63,647 bases of DNA from Octopus bimaculoides (GCF_001194135.2 NC_069001.1:22262051-22325697), one strand, 5' to 3'; numbered from the stretch's first letter, positions 38,901 through 52,068 are shown. Translations and numbers: made by a program. Notes: generated by a model not told the origin, from the letters alone.

Positions 38901-40049
38901 ACACCCTTACCTGCATGGCACACATACACACATACACAAAACATGCTCCTGCACAGTTTCTACTTGGGAACATGCCCTTACAACAACAAATCTAAGTAGA
39001 AGTTGGTTGGTAAAAACCAAGTAGAGGGCATTTGCCCAAGGATCACACAGTGGAACGAGACAGATGGTTCGGAAGATGAACTTCTTAACTGTGCAGCCTT
39101 TTTGTCCACTTGTCTGGTCAAAATAAATATTTATTACATTTAGTTTCTCTTTTCTTTTAATCTTTTTCCAATTCATCTTGGCTGCTAAGTTTGTAACAAT
39201 AGTCAACACCTGTTGTTTGTCTGGTGTAGGTAACTGGCCTTTCAATAGATTGTTATTGCAATATTTAGCCTGGCTTGCTGCCTTCTTGGCTCAAGAGATG
39301 TTTATTAAATGTCCAAAAATAATCAATTCGAGCACCAGTACAGAATCTTTAGAATAATGGTAATTGTTAGTTAAAGATTAGTGAATGATAATTGACATAG
39401 TAAGAGGAAATTAACTTAACTATCAGTGAACAACAAAAGCTTCATCTGTAACAGTCAAATCCCCAAGTAACTCTTTTGATAAAGTTTTGTTTTCACTTGG
39501 ATGAGTCAAAAGATAAATTATTCAAGTCATGTCAGATAAAAAAAGAAAAAAAATATCTTAGAGCTGTGCATTGTAATACATTCATGACAAAGACATAGCT
39601 TCAGGGCTGACGATTTCACTTCTCAAGCAAATGGTCCTGGGTTCAATTCCACTTCTTATGAACTTAGAAAAATTTCTGTACCATAGCTTCATGTTAGCCA
39701 ATGATTTTTGAGTGAAATTTGTTGGGTAGAAACTGTGCAGAATCCCTTTAGACACATACACACACATAAATATGAATATATATATTTACTGAACCACTAG
39801 ATTACAGGGACATAAACAGACCAACACCTGTTGTCAAGTATTATGTTTTGTTGTCAAATTATACTGGAGTTGACTCTACAAAAATGTAAGGAACAGAAGT
39901 AAAATCCATTAATCAATTTCAGACTATATGTTTTTATATAATTAGATTCAAGCAATTACATATGATAGTATTTATAACTGCAGAAACTATCTAATTAATT
40001 AATCTAATGAATTAAAATATAAACTACTAAATTAGTTACAATATTAATA

Positions 40050-41596
40050 CTGGTTTGGTCAAAAAGTCGATGTGGTTTTTGTCAAAACTTAATTTCTTTT
40101 TACTTTAATAAGTATCTAATTTCAGTCTGTGCCTTGTACATACACACTCATTTGATACTTGACACTTAAATGTAGTTTGACATGAACTTGTAAAGAAACA
40201 GGTTTTATGTGCTTGGGATTGCTCTGATAAATGGAGTACCAAAAAAACATTATTGACTCGTCATGTTATTTTATTTTAAAAAAGGCAAGAAAGTGACATA
40301 GAGCTGCAGGAAGATATGTGACCCATTTGGTGCTGATGTCACATAAAATCATTCATTTAACACTACGAAGTGGTTGGCATTTGGAAGAGCATCCAGCTGT
40401 AGAAACCATGCCAAAACTGACCTCACCTGTGCTGGTACCATGTAAAAAGTACTTATTCCATTCTGCTGTGTGGTTGGTATTAGGAAGGGCATCCAGCCAT
40501 AAAAATCATACCAAAACAGACCGATATAGTAATCTGGTGTAATCTTCTACCTGGCTGGCTCCTGTCCAACATTCCAACCGATGTCAGCATGGAACACAGG
40601 TGTTAAATGATGATGATGTATGGAGAGGATGTTGTTATGAAATGTGTGTACCAATAGTGCTTTTCAAAATTTCAAATAGGAAACTTTTCAAGGTGCACCT
40701 CACTCTGGTTGGCCATTTGAGATAAACACCTACAAAATATCAACAGTAACCCCAATATACAACCAGCATGATCACAGATATTCTCCAAATATTGAAATTG
40801 AGTGTTGGAAACCATCTGCATCAATTTGGTTACATCAACTGGCTCAATAAATGGGTCCCATATCAATTGAATGAAGCCAGCCTCACCCAATGGATTTCTT
40901 TCTGAACAGACTTCATTCTGCCAATGAATGAAGAACACAATCTTTCATTGAAGAGAATGGTGACAAGGAATGAAAAATGGATTGTCTCTAACAATTTGAA
41001 GTGCAAACAAACATGGAGAGGGGGGTGTATAGCAAACCACCACAAACAACCTGCAAAACAGAACTTTACGTGAAGAAGGTTATGCTTTCAATTTGGTAGG
41101 ATTGGAAGGATGTTGTCCTTTATGAGTTTCTTTGCACAGACAGAACCATCAGTTCATATTCATACTGTGACAAACTGGACATTGATTTATTAAAAGCATC
41201 CAGTACTTGCTAATCATAAGGACACCGTCTTTCATAATGACAATGCCAAACAGCACAGTCTTTTGAAAATGCAGAAGTTACTTGCACTTGGCTGGGGAGT
41301 TTTGCCACTTGTGCCTTAAAGATTTTCACCTGTTTTGATCCCTTCAAAATTCATTCAGTGGACAGATCTTCAACTCTGAATAGGATGTAAAAATTCACCT
41401 AGTGGAAGAGTTTTTCACCAGTAAAACTTGAATTTCTTTGAGAAGGAAATAATGGAACTGTCTAGAAGATGGCAGAAAATACTGGAATGAAACAGTAGTT
41501 ATATCACTGATTGAAAGAAAAAAAATCACTTAGTGTTTAAATCTTGTGTCTTATCTTTGCTTAAAAAAACTGAATGGACTTTTTTGTCCAACCCAA
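40050..41596 (+). mobile_element. Full-length decayed mariner with an RTE-tail insertion at about 40322-40617
   Basis: TA|ctggtttggtcaaaaagtc ... gactttttttgtccaacccaa|TA TIRs. Transposase remnants YGEDV, WVPYQL, MVTRNEKWI, KKVMLSIW, FHNDNA and FHLF. Confidence 0.88.
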
Positions 41597-42040
41597 TACA
41601 TTGTACTAGATAAACTGCACCGATATATTATTGACTGGTACTTATGTTATTAATTGGCAATGAAGACAAAGAGCAAATTCATTCATATGGCAAACAACAT
41701 TGATTAAAATACCACAAGCATTTTTGACACAAAAGTTTTTGCATTCTCAAGCACAGTTACACTAACAAACATAAATATATGCGCATACACACGTGCATGC
41801 ATGCATGCACACACACACGAACAAGAGATGACACAAGTATAACGATGATTATGTCATGAAGTTCATAACATAACCATTATTTTCCGTTTTCATTTCTCTT
41901 CCTTATTACTGCTCTATACTCTCTGCTCTCCTAATACAATGTTCTGAAATATATGTAAACTGAGTTCTACACCAGGTTGTTACTCACACAATCCTTAAAC
42001 AAAAGATATCTGTATATGTATAAGAAAACATATATATAAC

Positions 42041-42273
42041 TTTTTATTCTTTTACTTGTTTCAGTCATTTAACTGTGACCATGCTGGAACACAACTTTGA
42101 AATGCTTTGATTGAACAAATTGACCCCCCCACCCACCGGACTTATTTTTTAAGCTAGTACTTATTCTATTTGTCACTTTGTGGAACCGCTAAGTTACAGC
42201 GACATAAACATAACAACACTAGTTGTCAAGTGATGATGGGAGGGGGAACAGACACAAAGACACACACACACAC

Positions 42274-42314
<41 letters not shown>

Positions 42315-42527
42315 CATACATACATACATACATACACATACACACACACACACACGCATGCACATACAACAGACTTCTTTCAGTTTCCGTCTACTAAATT
42401 CACTCACAAGGCGTTGGTTGACTCAAGCTTTTAGTAGCCACTTGCTCAAGATGCCATGCAGTAGGACTGAACCTGGAACCATGTGATTGGGAAGCAATCT
42501 TCCTACCACACAGCCACACCTGTACCT
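42041..42527 (-). mobile_element. Full-length SINE family A
   Basis: Reverse complement of the head-to-tail family-A sequence with an internal (CA)/(TA) repeat. Confidence 0.88.
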
Positions 42528-42538
42528 CTATGTATATA

Positions 42539-42690
42539 TATATAATTAATTATATATAAAGGACATTAACTGTGTATTAATGCCTCACGCTTCGAGGGAC
42601 TAAATAAGTCAAAAACTACCAAAAATAAAGTCCCTCGAAGCATGAGGCATTAATACACAGTTAATGCCCTTTATATATAATTAATTATAT
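42539..42690. repeat. Near-perfect 62-bp inverted repeat with a 27-nt spacer
   Basis: ataattaattatatataaaggacattaactgtgtattaatgcctcacgcttcgagggact ... agtccctcgaagcatgaggcattaatacacagttaatgccctttatatataattaattat, with two mismatches. Confidence 0.95.
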
Positions 42691-43326
42691 TTATGAAGAA
42701 ATGATGAATTTTTTCATTACGAAATGTTTCGTTATTTTTTCATTATGAGGTTTTTTTCACGCTTATCCTATATTATATTATGTATATATATATATATAGT
42801 TTCATGCTGAAAATTCAAGTATTCTTCTTTAGAATGTTTGTAATTGATTTTCATATGAGAGACGTTTCTGTGCAAGTCCATAGCTAACGTTATTGATCCA
42901 CAGATTAAGAATATGTTTATTCAGCAAATGCAGTGTTCAGCACTCAGTCTCACTGTTTGCTACTGTTATGTGTGTGTGTGTTCCATCATTTTACATCTAT
43001 CTTTCCTTGCTGTCATGGATTGGACAGGTCAGGTTTTAAACGCTCTGAATGAGTTCTTATTTGGATTCCTTGTCCTCCAAATCTGGTTAAAATACCTCAC
43101 ATGTTGCCCAAAACTTACTATATTTGGAATGGTTCCTATGGTAGATATCCTTCCTAAAAACAACCACCTACCAGACAGTAAGAGCAACGTTTTGCAGAGG
43201 CAAAATAGGCATCACCACACCCTTGCTGTGTTGATGCCTATTTGTTAGTAAGATCAAATGTCCCTAACATTTTGCAAGCCTTCTATGATGAGTGAATGAA
43301 ATCAATGTGGCTTATAAACATTTTAA

Positions 43327-43891
43327 CCCTTTAGCATTTAAACTGGCTATATCCAGTTCAAATATTCTACATGTTTTATTTTCAAACTGGCCAGATCTTG
43401 GCCTCTTACACTTATCCTAGAATGTTACTTCATCAAAATAAACAGTCACTTCATCAAAACCTCAAAGCTTTGAGATAATGCCTGTTTAATACAAAATAAT
43501 GTGAACAAATAAGCATTATATTTGAGAGAGTAATCTGAATGCTAAAAGGTTAACCTTAAGCATTTAAACCAGCCATATCAGGCCCAAATAGTCTACCTGT
43601 TTTAGGTTCAAAGTGGCCAGGTCCTGCCTCTCATACCAACCCAACATTGTCATTCTAAATGTATGCAAACTACATCATCAAAATCTCAAAGCTATGAGAT
43701 AATGTATGATTAATTCAAAGCAATATAAATTAATAAACATTTGACAGAATTATCGGGGTCGATAAATTAAGTACCAGTTATGCACTGGGGTCGATGTAAT
43801 CGACTTAATCCCTTTGTAGTCCTTGTTTGTCCCCTCTATGTTTAGCCCTTGTGGGCAATAAAGAAATAAGAATTATCTGAATGTTTAAGGG
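43327..43891 (+). mobile_element. Two head-to-tail piggyBac-like MITEs sharing a TTAA; the second carries a SINE B fragment
   Basis: TTAA at 43323, 43550 and 43892; TIR ccctttagcatt / aatgctaaaagg. The SINE at 43755-43868 is flanked by the TSD agaattatc. Confidence 0.85.
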
Positions 43892-44396
43892 TTAAACATG
43901 AAGAGAAACAGCAGAGTTACTACCTGAAATTCAGATTATTCGTTAGAAGGACCTGCTATTCTAAATTTCACTCCTGTCCCCTCCCAAAATAATTAATAGT
44001 TTGTAGAATGTATAATAAATTGCCATGAGCTGTAGAAAGTTTAATGTTTCAGGTATTTGCTAGACTTTCTTTCTTCTGCTCATGGCAATTGATTTTATTC
44101 ACCATTTTACAAACTCTGTTGATTTATTGTTTCAAAGTAGACCATTGCTAGTTTCCTGGTATTCCAGGTTTCACCTTGTTCTAAGACCTGTGTTACATAT
44201 TCCAAATGTCAAAGTATTTAGAAAAGTGTGTAGATCATTCATTCACTCATTCACTCATTCTCTCTCTCACACATATGTACACATCAGACAACACATTGCA
44301 ATATAAACACTCAAACAAGTGCACATACACACAACTAACAATTCTTCACAACAAATGCACACTGCTCTAATAAGTACAAATCAAAAGTGCACACGC

Positions 44397-44437
<41 letters not shown>

Positions 44438-44529
44438 TTTACTCCTTCGCAAGCAACAAGCATGAGAGGGGCTAAAAAGTGTTGACTCAAGATAAAGAGA
44501 GCATAGTGAAGAGAGTGAATAAATTATAT

Positions 44530-44941
44530 GTACTTCATATAATTGGCTAAAAGTCGCACTTTTTTCCCTGAAATTTTCACCCAAAGTTGTGGGTGTGACT
44601 TATAAGCACATCCTATAAAAAAAACTTCAGATATTTTCTAGGTCCAAGTCACCTCTGAAGTTCCAACACTTGAAATAACCATAAAGGATAAAATTTTACA
44701 TTACTCGTTACTCTTTTACTCTTACTTGTTTCAGTCATTTGACTGTGGCTCTTCTGGAGCACCACCTTTAGTTGAGCAAATCGACCCCAGCACTTATTCC
44801 TTGTAAGCCTAGTACTCATTCTATCAGTCTCTTTTGCTAAACCGCTAAGTTATGGAGACGTAAACACACCACCATCGGTTTTCAAGCGATGTTGTGGGGA
44901 CAAACACAGACACACAAACACACACACACACACACACACAT

Positions 44942-44974
<33 letters not shown>

Positions 44975-45355
44975 CATATATATACGACGGGCTTCTTTCA
45001 CTTGCCGTCTACCAAATCCACTCACAAGGCTTTGGTTGGCCTGAGGCTATAGTAGAAGACACTTGCCCAAGGTGTCATGCAGTGAGACTGAACCCAGAAC
45101 CATGTGGTTGGTAAGCAAGCTACTTACCACACAGCCATGGGGCAACTGTTGTTGTCAGTCATCTTCAGCTTACTGAAAGCTCAGTTACTGAACAACAATT
45201 ATGTCTGTGCGATTCCTAATCAAACTTTGCTCTCCTACATCAAAAAAGTCACTGTGACTTATAGTTGGGCCAATGATAAAATTCCCAATTTGAACCTTGT
45301 AAGTCAAGGGTGCATCTTATAGGCAAGGGTGTTTTATAGTCAAGAATATACAGTA
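44530..45355. mobile_element. Possible pogo/Tigger-like MITE split by a SINE
   Basis: aagtcgcac...gggtgtgacttata at the left end and tgacttatag...gggtgcatcttata...atatacagta at the right end resemble the TAAGACGCAC/ATACGGTA termini of this class. Confidence 0.45.
44701..45138 (-). mobile_element. Full-length SINE family A
   Basis: A complete and well-preserved copy from head to the (ttttactc)n tail. Confidence 0.92.
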
Positions 45356-45650
45356 CATATGCATGCATACACTTTTACACACATGCATATACATGCACAC
45401 ACATTTATATGTTCCAGCCCAAAGGTTTTGAACATCCTGGGGCACTGCCATTTAATTGACTTTGGTAGGATACCATACATACAATAGAACAAGAAATGTT
45501 TCTTGAAATTCTAAAAGCTCTGCCAAAATGCCACATCAAAAGAGTCATTCTCACATGTTTATACGCACACACACATAGTAATAATTGATGAAAGAAATGG
45601 AAGATAAATTTGACACTAGTCTTTATTCAGTACAGCCATCATTTTGACTA

Positions 45651-45990
45651 ATCCTGCAACTGTCCATTATGGGTAGGATTTTGTGCATCTAATTGTGTTG
45701 TATCAATCTGTGCAGTTTGAGTCACATGCATAAAAAAAGGGATGTCCCGCTAGATATACTGAGATGTCCTAGGTATGTTGTTCATGCCTGCTGTATCTTG
45801 GTTATGACCGGCTAACAATTTTTATATTATATACCCATGGACAACTGTTAGCTGGTCGTAACCAAGATGCAACAGTATCTAGCAGGACATCCCCCTCTTT
45901 ACACATGTACCTGATATGTCATAAACTGCACAGATTGAGGCAACACAATTAGAGGCACAAAATCCCACCCATAACAGACAGTTACAGGAT
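45651..45990. mobile_element. Foldback MITE (about 340 bp, almost wholly self-complementary)
   Basis: atcctgcaactgtccattatgggtaggattttgtgcatctaattgtgttg...tcaatctgtgcagttt pairs with aaactgcacagattga...caacacaattagaggcacaaaatcccacccataacagacagttacaggat. The inner arms pair as well. Confidence 0.85.
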
Positions 45991-46251
45991 GAATTGAAAC
46001 GATCGTTACACAGAATAAAGATAAGTACCAAATCTATCTTACATTTCTTTCATCAGTTATTACTATCTCAAATAATACTGCAGAATTCCTGAAGTAGATC
46101 CACCTGAAATATACCCCAACTGTGGACGATAGCAGGTAAACCAAACTGTGAATGTGTGAATGTGCTTTAATCAACTCACTAATTAGCATATACCCATTAG
46201 TAAAAAAAAATGACATAAGGTCATGAGAGTGCTATATAAATAGTTATTATT

Positions 46252-46640
46252 TTACTTGTTTTAGTCATTAGATTGTGGCCATGCTGGGGCACTGCCTTGA
46301 AGGATTCTAAGTCGAATGTATCAACCTTAGAATTTATTTCTAAGCCTGGTACTTATATTATCAATCTTTTATTACTAAAACATTAAGTTACAGGGACATA
46401 AACACACCAATACAGGTTGTCTAGCAGTGGTGGAGGGACAAACACAGACACAAAGACACACATACATAGGTATACATAGATATATATACAGATATGTGAT
46501 GGGCTTCTTTCAGTTTCCATTTACAAAATCAACTCAGAAGGCTTGGTCAGCCTGAGGCTCTAGCAGAAGACACCTGCCCAAGGTGTCAGGCAGTGGTACT
46601 GAACCTGGAACCATGTGATTACGAAGCAAGCTTCTTACCA
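46252..46640 (-). mobile_element. SINE family A
   Basis: Family-A tail and head in reverse orientation. Confidence 0.85.
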
Positions 46641-46844
46641 CTGATCCATGCCTACGCTTATGTATGTATGTATATATNNNNNNNNNNNNNNNNNNNNNNN
46701 NNNNNNNNNNNNNNNNNNNNNNNNNNNNNNNNNNNNNNNNNNNNNNNNNNNNNNNNNNNNNNNNNNNNNNNNNNNNNNNNNNNNNNNNNNNNNNNNNNNN
46801 NNNNNNNNNNNNNNNNNNNNNNNNNNNNNNNNNNNNNNNATATA

Positions 46845-46875
<31 letters not shown>

Positions 46876-47084
46876 ATATGTACACACAAGCAAACAGGCT
46901 CCCATATACACACATATCTGTTGATTTGTCCATTACAAGGAAGTGACTGGTGTGAATAGAAGAGAGTCAGTGAGACTGACATACCAATTATCTAATTCTA
47001 TTAGTATAAGCTAAAATATTGTACTTGATGTGCTGTTATCTGGCATGTTCAATTTATGGAATTTATTTGATTTAGTAATAGCTG

Positions 47085-47345
47085 TGCTTGTTGGTGGTGG
47101 TGGTGGTAGCAGTGATGGTGCTGTTACTGGTGGTGGTGGTGGTGTATGTAGTGGGGCATATGGTGGAAGTGGCAGTGGTGGGTTTATGGTGGTGGTGGTG
47201 GTGGTGGTGGTGGTAGTAGTGGTAGTAGTAGTGGTAGTGGCGGTGTTGTTGGTGATGCTGGTGGTGATAGTGGTGATGCTAATGGCATTGCTTGTGTTAG
47301 TGATGGTGTATGTGATGATGGTGTATGTAGTGGTGGTGGTGCTGC
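47085..47345. repeat. (GGT/GAT/TAG)n compound trinucleotide repeat
   Basis: Directly visible; it explains the T/P-rich and V/G-rich ORFs on the two strands. Confidence 0.9.
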
Positions 47346-48126
47346 GATGATTAATGTTGTTGCTTCTGTTGTTTAAGTCCAGGTCAAACCTTGCTTGCAT
47401 AAACCTATAATCAGAGGTATTTCAGGCATACCTTTTCTGTCTTTTCAGGAGCATCAGGGATCAACTTAGCCAATGTATTGCTTCTTTTTAGATCATGTTG
47501 GTGGAGATTTGATTGGTTACTATTTCTAGCAAGGTTCAGTGAACACACCCACAAGATAAATAACAACCGACTTGGTGTGGCAAAGCTTGAAGAAAGTAAG
47601 GCAACCAGGGAAACATCTAATTATTCAATGATTGAAATAATGAAAGCAGCAAAGGGTACGAGCAAAGTCCTTTTAGGTAAAGTTTGAATAATGTCTTGTT
47701 AATTATTTTGGTGTTCTAATTTACATCAATCATCTTTGTATAAATGGACAATAAAATGAATCTGTCTAATTGCAACACCACTGCCTGTTCTGGTATTATT
47801 ATTCTATATATCACCGATGGGGAGATGGATAGTTGCTATCGCTTGCGGCTGAGTGTCCATCATTGAGAAGACCAAGGAAGGTCAAAATCATGTGATCTGG
47901 TGGTCTTGGAACTGGGGGGTGGTGAGAATTTATTTCTCCACTAGTGATATAAGAAAGAGTGCATTTTGCACCAAAAGACAATATGGGAGTTTCTCTCATG
48001 GTAAGTATTGCAGTATAGTTTACTCAGAGCACTTACTTTTATGTGGTGTATGCATATGTATTTATGTATGCATGTGTGTATGTATGTATGTATGTATGTA
48101 TGTATGTATGTGTGTGTGTGTGTATA

Positions 48127-48182
<56 letters not shown>

Positions 48183-48316
48183 CATGCAGGAAGTAGACAC
48201 ATTTAATTTTCAAAATTTCTGATCTAAGTGTCTTGATATGTTTTCAGTGGTGTAGAATTTACAATGTAATTATTTTTTATATTTGCCACTATATTAAACA
48301 TTTGCGAAGAGTAACC

Positions 48317-49105
48317 ATGCCAAGTACAAAAAATTCAGCATAACTGTCAGATTTTCAAAGATGTCGTATTGTTGGGCAATCTGAGCCTGGTCTTGGCCAG
48401 CGAAAAATTGCCAAAAATCTTCAAATTCCTCTTGCCACTGTTAATAGAATTATAGTGCAATTCAAAAACCAAGGAAGAGAATCAACAGATTCTCATGCTG
48501 GCTGACCTGGGCCCTTGGAAAAGAAGTTTTGCTGTTTCAAGAGAATTGTGGAAAATGAACCCAGTTTGAAGGATTCTGACATTGCAACACAGCTAGAAGT
48601 TAGTCCAAGAGCATGTGTTACATATCTGCATAAGCCTGGATATTATGGATGAATAGCTAGAAGAAAACCTCTCCTTCAACCAATTAATATCATGAAAAGA
48701 AAGAAATGGGTTAAGGAGATGTCAGAAAAATCCAGTTCATTTTGGGATAGAGTGATGAATCCAGATTTGCATTATTTTCAGACAGTGGACGTGTTTGGGT
48801 CTGGAAGCTTCCCAATAAAGAATTTGATTTGAAATGACTCCAACCAACTGCGAAACATGGCGGTATCTCTGTAATGGTATGGGGAGCTGTCACCAGCAAT
48901 GGTCGTTCTGAGCTGATCGAATGTATGGGAACCATAAACTATGAATAATACATCGAAATACTTAAGCAAGGACTAATCTGATGTATTCACATGATAACAT
49001 AATGAAAAATAAGTCTTTATTCATGGAAGATGGGGCTCCATGCCACACAGTGAAAAGGAATCAACAACGGCTGACTAGAAATAGGATCAAAAAGCTTCCT
49101 TGGCC
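48317..49105 (+). pseudogene. Tc1-family transposase pseudogene, 3'-truncated
   Basis: [19 protein letters not shown]...[73 protein letters not shown]. Confidence 0.88.
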
Positions 49106-49127
49106 GTGCAGGAGCAATGCTTTAGTC

Positions 49128-49131
49128 GACT

Positions 49132-49178
<47 letters not shown>

Positions 49179-49225
49179 GACAAAGAGAGAAAGAAAGAGA
49201 TAAAGAAAGAAAGAAAGAAAGAAAG
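49128..49225. repeat. (GAAA)n microsatellite
   Basis: Directly visible. Confidence 0.95.
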
Positions 49226-49245
49226 ATACAACATATCTATATATA

Positions 49246-50138
49246 TCAGGTCATACCATAAGTTCTGTCCGATTTTACCTTTTTTAAAACTGAATTATCA
49301 TTTGAAGAATTGGCAATAAAGCTTAGTTGAAGCCATACAACTTTTCATCATCATCTTCAACAACTTTGAAAGGTTCCTAAACTTGGAAAATGGGTGCCTC
49401 ATGAATTGTCCGAAAGCAACCGCAAATCCCATGTTGACATCTGCTCTTTTTTCCATTCTTGTGAACTCATTTCACCCTTTTTGTGATAGACTTGTGACTG
49501 GTGACAAAAAATGGATCTACTTTCAAAATGTTAAACGTCGTAAACAGTGGCTTGATAAAAGGGAAAAAGCTCAACCACAACTGAGAGGGGAACTTCATGT
49601 GAAAAAGGCTCTTCTCTCAATCTGGTGTGATTGCAAAGGAGTAATTCACTTTGAATTGTTAACACCTAAGGCAGCAATCAATGCTCAAGTCAACTGTCAG
49701 AAATTGGAGCGTTTGAACCGAGCGCTGAAGAAAAAAAGACCCGCTTTAGTGAATCGAAAATGAGTGATGTTTCATCAGGACAATGCACGACCTCACACTG
49801 CAAAGATCACACCGTAGAAGATCGAAGAGCTTGGATGGGAAAAAATTCTTCATCTACCTTATTCTCCCGACTCTGCTCCTTCAGACTACCATTTGTTTTA
49901 TAGTTTACAAAATCATTTGGTGGACATAACTTTCGCAAGCCAGGAGGAGATCGACACTGATATTTCAAAGTTCTTCGCTTTGAAACCCAAAAGAGTTTTA
50001 CATTGATGGGATTAAAAAGCTCATAAATAGATGGAAGGACGTCATAGATAATCAGGGAAGGTACATTAAATTTCAATTAAATATAACATTTGATCACTTG
50101 TTTTATTATTCAAAATTCGGACAGAACTCATGATCTGA
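49246..50138 (+). mobile_element. Internally deleted mariner (D,D34D)
   Basis: TA|tcaggtcataccataagttctgtccgatttt ... aaaattcggacagaactcatgatctga|TA. Motifs LVTGDKKWIYF, KKALLSIWCDCKGVIHFELL, FHQDNARPH and YSPDSAPSDYHLF. Confidence 0.93.
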
Positions 50139-50419
50139 TATATAAAACAAAGGATGTCTCTGTGTGTGTGTCTGTGTGAGTAATACATATGCATTTCTAC
50201 AGTTTTCAACTGATTTTCACCAAGCGTTACATGCACATTACATATGTGTCAAGGATGGTCATGCACTCTAACATTTTGTCTGGAGCTCCTGCTTAAGGTG
50301 AGAAACAGGGAAAAGAAGGTGTTTTACATGGTTTTTCTCTAAATGTTGCAGTTTTCAACTGTTTCTCTCCCTTCTCTCATCCTTTGTTTCTCTTGCTTAC
50401 ATATATTCTCTCTTACTCT

Positions 50420-51363
50420 CTGTAATAGTTTAAGAACTTTTAAAAATCGAATGCTGTGTCGGAACATACTGTTCAGATAGATGATATAATAAGTGCTAAA
50501 TGTACATGTTTAAATAAATTAAGAAGCAATAGATAATAGTGTTTTAAGATGAATCTAAATACGTAAAGGCTGACTAGGTTGAAATTATATAAACTAATTA
50601 TTTTTGGAAAAAATTTATAAGTTGATAAATATTTGTCTACAAAGAATAATGACTTCTGAGATCTTGTTAAGTAAATATTTTTGTCAGCACAGAGTATAGA
50701 GCTCGCTTCTTTTGTGCATAATTTGCAACTTCTGGTGTGTGTATTGTATGGTGTGGTTTACATTATAATAGACCAATCTAAAGGGAATTCTTTATTGCGC
50801 ATTTTTAATTTATTAATGTGGGTATCTAGAGCAGTTGAATTTTTTGTTTCTTGATTAATAAATGAATTTGTTTCTGACCCGTAACTAGTCTTGAAATCAG
50901 TCGTACTTCCTATGTAAATCTTTTTTGATTCACTAAGAGTTGAAACCTCAACTTTATCTATGACATTTCCCCTTAAACAGAATCCCATTAAGGGACATAA
51001 TTCCAGGTTACGGCAATTACATGTTTCATTTCCATGCTTCGCGTTTATATTTTTAATATCAGGATTCTTGTTATTATTCTTCATATTAAGGTCAGCTATA
51101 TTGTCATCTCTATGAATACTACTATTTCTAAGTTTAAATCTATTGTTGGCCGCAATTATAGATTCTAGGTTGGGTGGGGTTGAGCACGATAATTTAAGGC
51201 AGAATCTATAAAAGATGGAATAATATTTATGGCCTAATGGGAAATTCCTGTCAATAATCCTAAAAAATAATTTAGGGAGGTTTCTGACTTGGAGGGAAAA
51301 AGGAGGGGTGAATCAGATAATTTCCCGTTTCCTCACCGAGTTGTTCCTGTTCTGGCCAGTATA

Positions 51364-51407
<44 letters not shown>

Positions 51408-52030
51408 CATTATTATTATTATTAGTAGTAGTAGTATTATAATTAAATGAATTATAGTATATTCAATTATGGTGTCGGTTGTTATGCTCGGGGTGGGGGT
51501 GGGGTATTGTTCATGGGAGGTGTGTCGATGTTTAGTTTCGCAATATTTGGAAAACGTTTACTTAGTTTATTTTCAAATATTGGATTCTGAATATAATATA
51601 TTTTCTTACTGAATCCACTGTCCTTCAATGCTGTATTATAAAAGGGTGCAGTGTTATAAAAAATCGTTTCGTTTGGAGATAAGTTAGAGATTCTTATCAA
51701 CACATCTTTGACTACCCCATTAATAACACTTTGGGGATGATTTGATAAGGCGTGGATATACTTAATGATTTTATTAGGTTTATGGTAAAGGTAAAATAAG
51801 CCATTACCTAATTTAAATTTACGTCCCGAATATTAAAACATTTAGTGGCCTTTTCAAATATAATATCTAAGTATTTACTTTATATCCATATATGAGTTGA
51901 AAACTTTCTTGTCACATTTCCCTTAACATCTATGTTCCAGAGTTATGTTGCAGATTTATGTAGAAAGTTGTATTTTAGCTACTAGCTGTTGAGACCTGCG
52001 TAATCTAGATGGTGTTTTCTAAATTTTATT
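50420..52030 (-). mobile_element. Penelope-like element 3' fragment (RT thumb, linker and GIY-YIG)
   Basis: SNHP...RISNLSPNETIFYNTAPFYNTALKDSGFSKKIYYI, IWFTPPFS..., KLSCSTPPNLESII, CNCRNLELCPLMGFCLRGNVIDKVEV...KKIYIGST, WSII...CKLCTKE. Confidence 0.9.
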
Positions 52031-52068
52031 ATTTTCTTTAATCCGGGCAACACCGGGTATTTCTGTTA

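Noticed and set aside
47011-47400. T/P-rich 129-aa ORF resembling a mucin, and a V/G-rich ORF on the opposite strand
   Set aside because: Both are translations of a compound trinucleotide microsatellite, with no splice or homology support.
47449-47677. 76-codon open frame between a good acceptor (tttcag) and a donor (ttag|gtaaag)
   Set aside because: Its 5' half is the antisense of a common repeat (tgctagaaatag...caaatctcc) and the peptide looks unnatural.
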